A stretch of DNA of 64,000 nt from Mytilus trossulus (Eukaryota), in NCBI RefSeq assembly GCF_036588685.1, contig NC_086386.1:44082001-44146000 (forward strand), read 5' to 3'. This document shows, in pieces, positions 62,334 through 64,000 of the stretch; position 1 is the first letter of the stretch; each line of letters begins with the position of its first letter. Both the position numbers and the translations under genes were made by a program. The notes beneath the pieces were generated by a model. That model was given only the letters and a program-made list of their open reading frames with translations. It did no database searches and was not told the DNA's origin.

Positions 62334-63340
62334 AACGAAGACTTACAAAATGATAAAAAATGAATAGCATTTTTCTTTATTACATATAGTTTTACAGTAG
62401 TGTTGTAAATGCTCGATTGTAAAAAAATGTATTGTATTTAAAAATCGAAAATAACATTCATGTCATTCATATTTACATATAGTGAATAGTGTGTCATTTG
62501 TATATAAAATATTCGTAGCAAAACGTATTGTTCTTGTGTATTTTTGATGATCAAATGTAATTAAAGGTCAGAATTAATATGTATTGGGATGCCTAAAGAA
62601 ATAGTTGGATATTTTGTTTTTAAATTCTTTATTGCAAAACAAACAATAAAAAACTATTTTGGTCAATGCAATACAAGCACAAAAGAAAACTAAACAAAAA
62701 AGATAAATAGATATTGAACACGACAGTTCATGTAAATTATAATTATCAAAAGCGAAACTGTTTGACATACAATTTATTTTCCCCTGGCAACACACTATGA
62801 GTTACATAGTATGCTGGTGGCCTATACGCTATATATACGGATGTAAGTGAATTCCGTATCCGCTGAGAGCCAAAATATAATGCAGATACGTAATATTTGG
62901 CAAAGGATAAAACGGTGTATTGCAACTTCAATAGATAAACACGGGTATACCAAGATGGGTACTTACAAGTCGGGTTGGTTGTTCAGAATGTGTTACCATA
63001 GTATGCTTGTGACATATATGTTATATACGGGGATGAGTCAATTCCATATACGTTGAGAGCAAACAACGAAATATAATGCAGATATGAGATATGTCCCAAT
63101 ACCTGTATAGTAGCCAATGTAAAAAAAACAAACAAACAGAATATGCACAGTAAAACTCAGTTTAAAGGAAGTCCGCGTCTGATGTCAGAATAGGTAAAAC
63201 AAGAACTATCTTTAAAAAAGATATCTGAAGTATTTAAATTTGAGTATATCTATCATTTCGATAACCTTCAGAAGCACAATGACTTAATGATGCAGGGCCT
63301 CTTTAATAAAATCTCCATTTGAATATAACTACAAGAAATT

Positions 63341-64000
63341 CTTTTTATTTTTATTTCATCTGAAAATACACCAAGTATATAATGTGATATATAATTACAT
63401 AGTTATTTCATAATACATATATTGATATTAAATTTTTTCAATAACAGTCTAAAATTAAAAAGCTAGTTATGCTAATTGGTCTAAATTGTCTACTAGATCA
63501 TACACATCTTTTATCACTCTGGATTAGAAAACCGGAATATGCTGATAAGGTTAATGATTGCATCAACCTTCTCCCCTAGCCACATGCATCACTCCCTATA
63601 CAATGATGTTGAACATGAGAGGTACCAGGAGAGGCCACCAGAGATCATTAACAGATAACATGTTGGACAACATGTTGGGCAGAGTCACATTATAAATGTC
63701 AACCAAAGTCAAGGGGAGATAATTCAAATACAATTAAACAAAAACTAGTATATCAATATATCTATAATTATATATATATAACAATAGCAATAAACATAAA
63801 CATAGATAGTACTTTTAAGATGCACTCAAATCACTGTCCAGTTGTGATGTGCATCAACATATAATTAAGTCTACATGAACTATTATAAAGCCTTAAGTAA
63901 GTACAAAATAGAAAGATCTCTCCTCACATGTGAACTATGTTTTTAATTAACTCCCATTTACAATCAGATTTCTCTCTTGCTCTAGGGGATCTGTAAAAGG
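63341..64000 (-). mobile_element. Second copy of the same L1/Tx1 element (3'UTR and ORF2 C-terminus; runs off the window)
   Basis: Nearly identical to 22315-22963 (tttatttttatttcatctgaaaatacaccaag...ctaggggatctgtaaaagg) with scattered substitutions and indels. ORF2 stop at 63924-63926. Confidence 0.95.

Overview
Eukaryotic, AT-rich, repeat-dense genomic DNA. The repeat families resemble those I recall from bivalves (probably Mytilus; this is an inference). Reading splice junctions by hand gives five coding units. (1) A complete 13-exon mitochondrial asparaginyl-tRNA synthetase gene (NARS2, minus strand, 20514->6758, 486 aa). (2) A head-to-head Ragulator subunit gene (LAMTOR1/p18, plus strand, 20834->36340, 162 aa), with a candidate extra in-frame Cys-rich cassette exon. 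(3) An intact L1/Tx1-clade LINE ORF2 (1262 aa) lying antisense in LAMTOR1 intron 1, plus the 3' end of a second copy at the window end. (4) A disrupted ~930-codon gene of unusual architecture (44662-47832): two permuted papain-like domains, three C2H2 fingers and a large multi-pass membrane domain. It is broken by a SINE-like insertion and two in-frame TAA stops, and a decayed paralogue fragment sits at ~41.0-41.7 kb. (5) A 7-exon, 356-aa kinase-less protein (53961-62333) with tandem CRIB motifs, coiled coils, an EF-hand-like loop and a RHIM-like/PDZ-ligand tail. Both housekeeping genes carry tandem repeats that multiply a splice site: 12 donors in NARS2 and 3 acceptors in LAMTOR1. Degenerate hammerhead-ribozyme (retrozyme-like) relics, a Penelope-like RT fragment, Helentron-like elements and many MITEs fill the rest. 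No database searches were run; family assignments come from recognised motifs.
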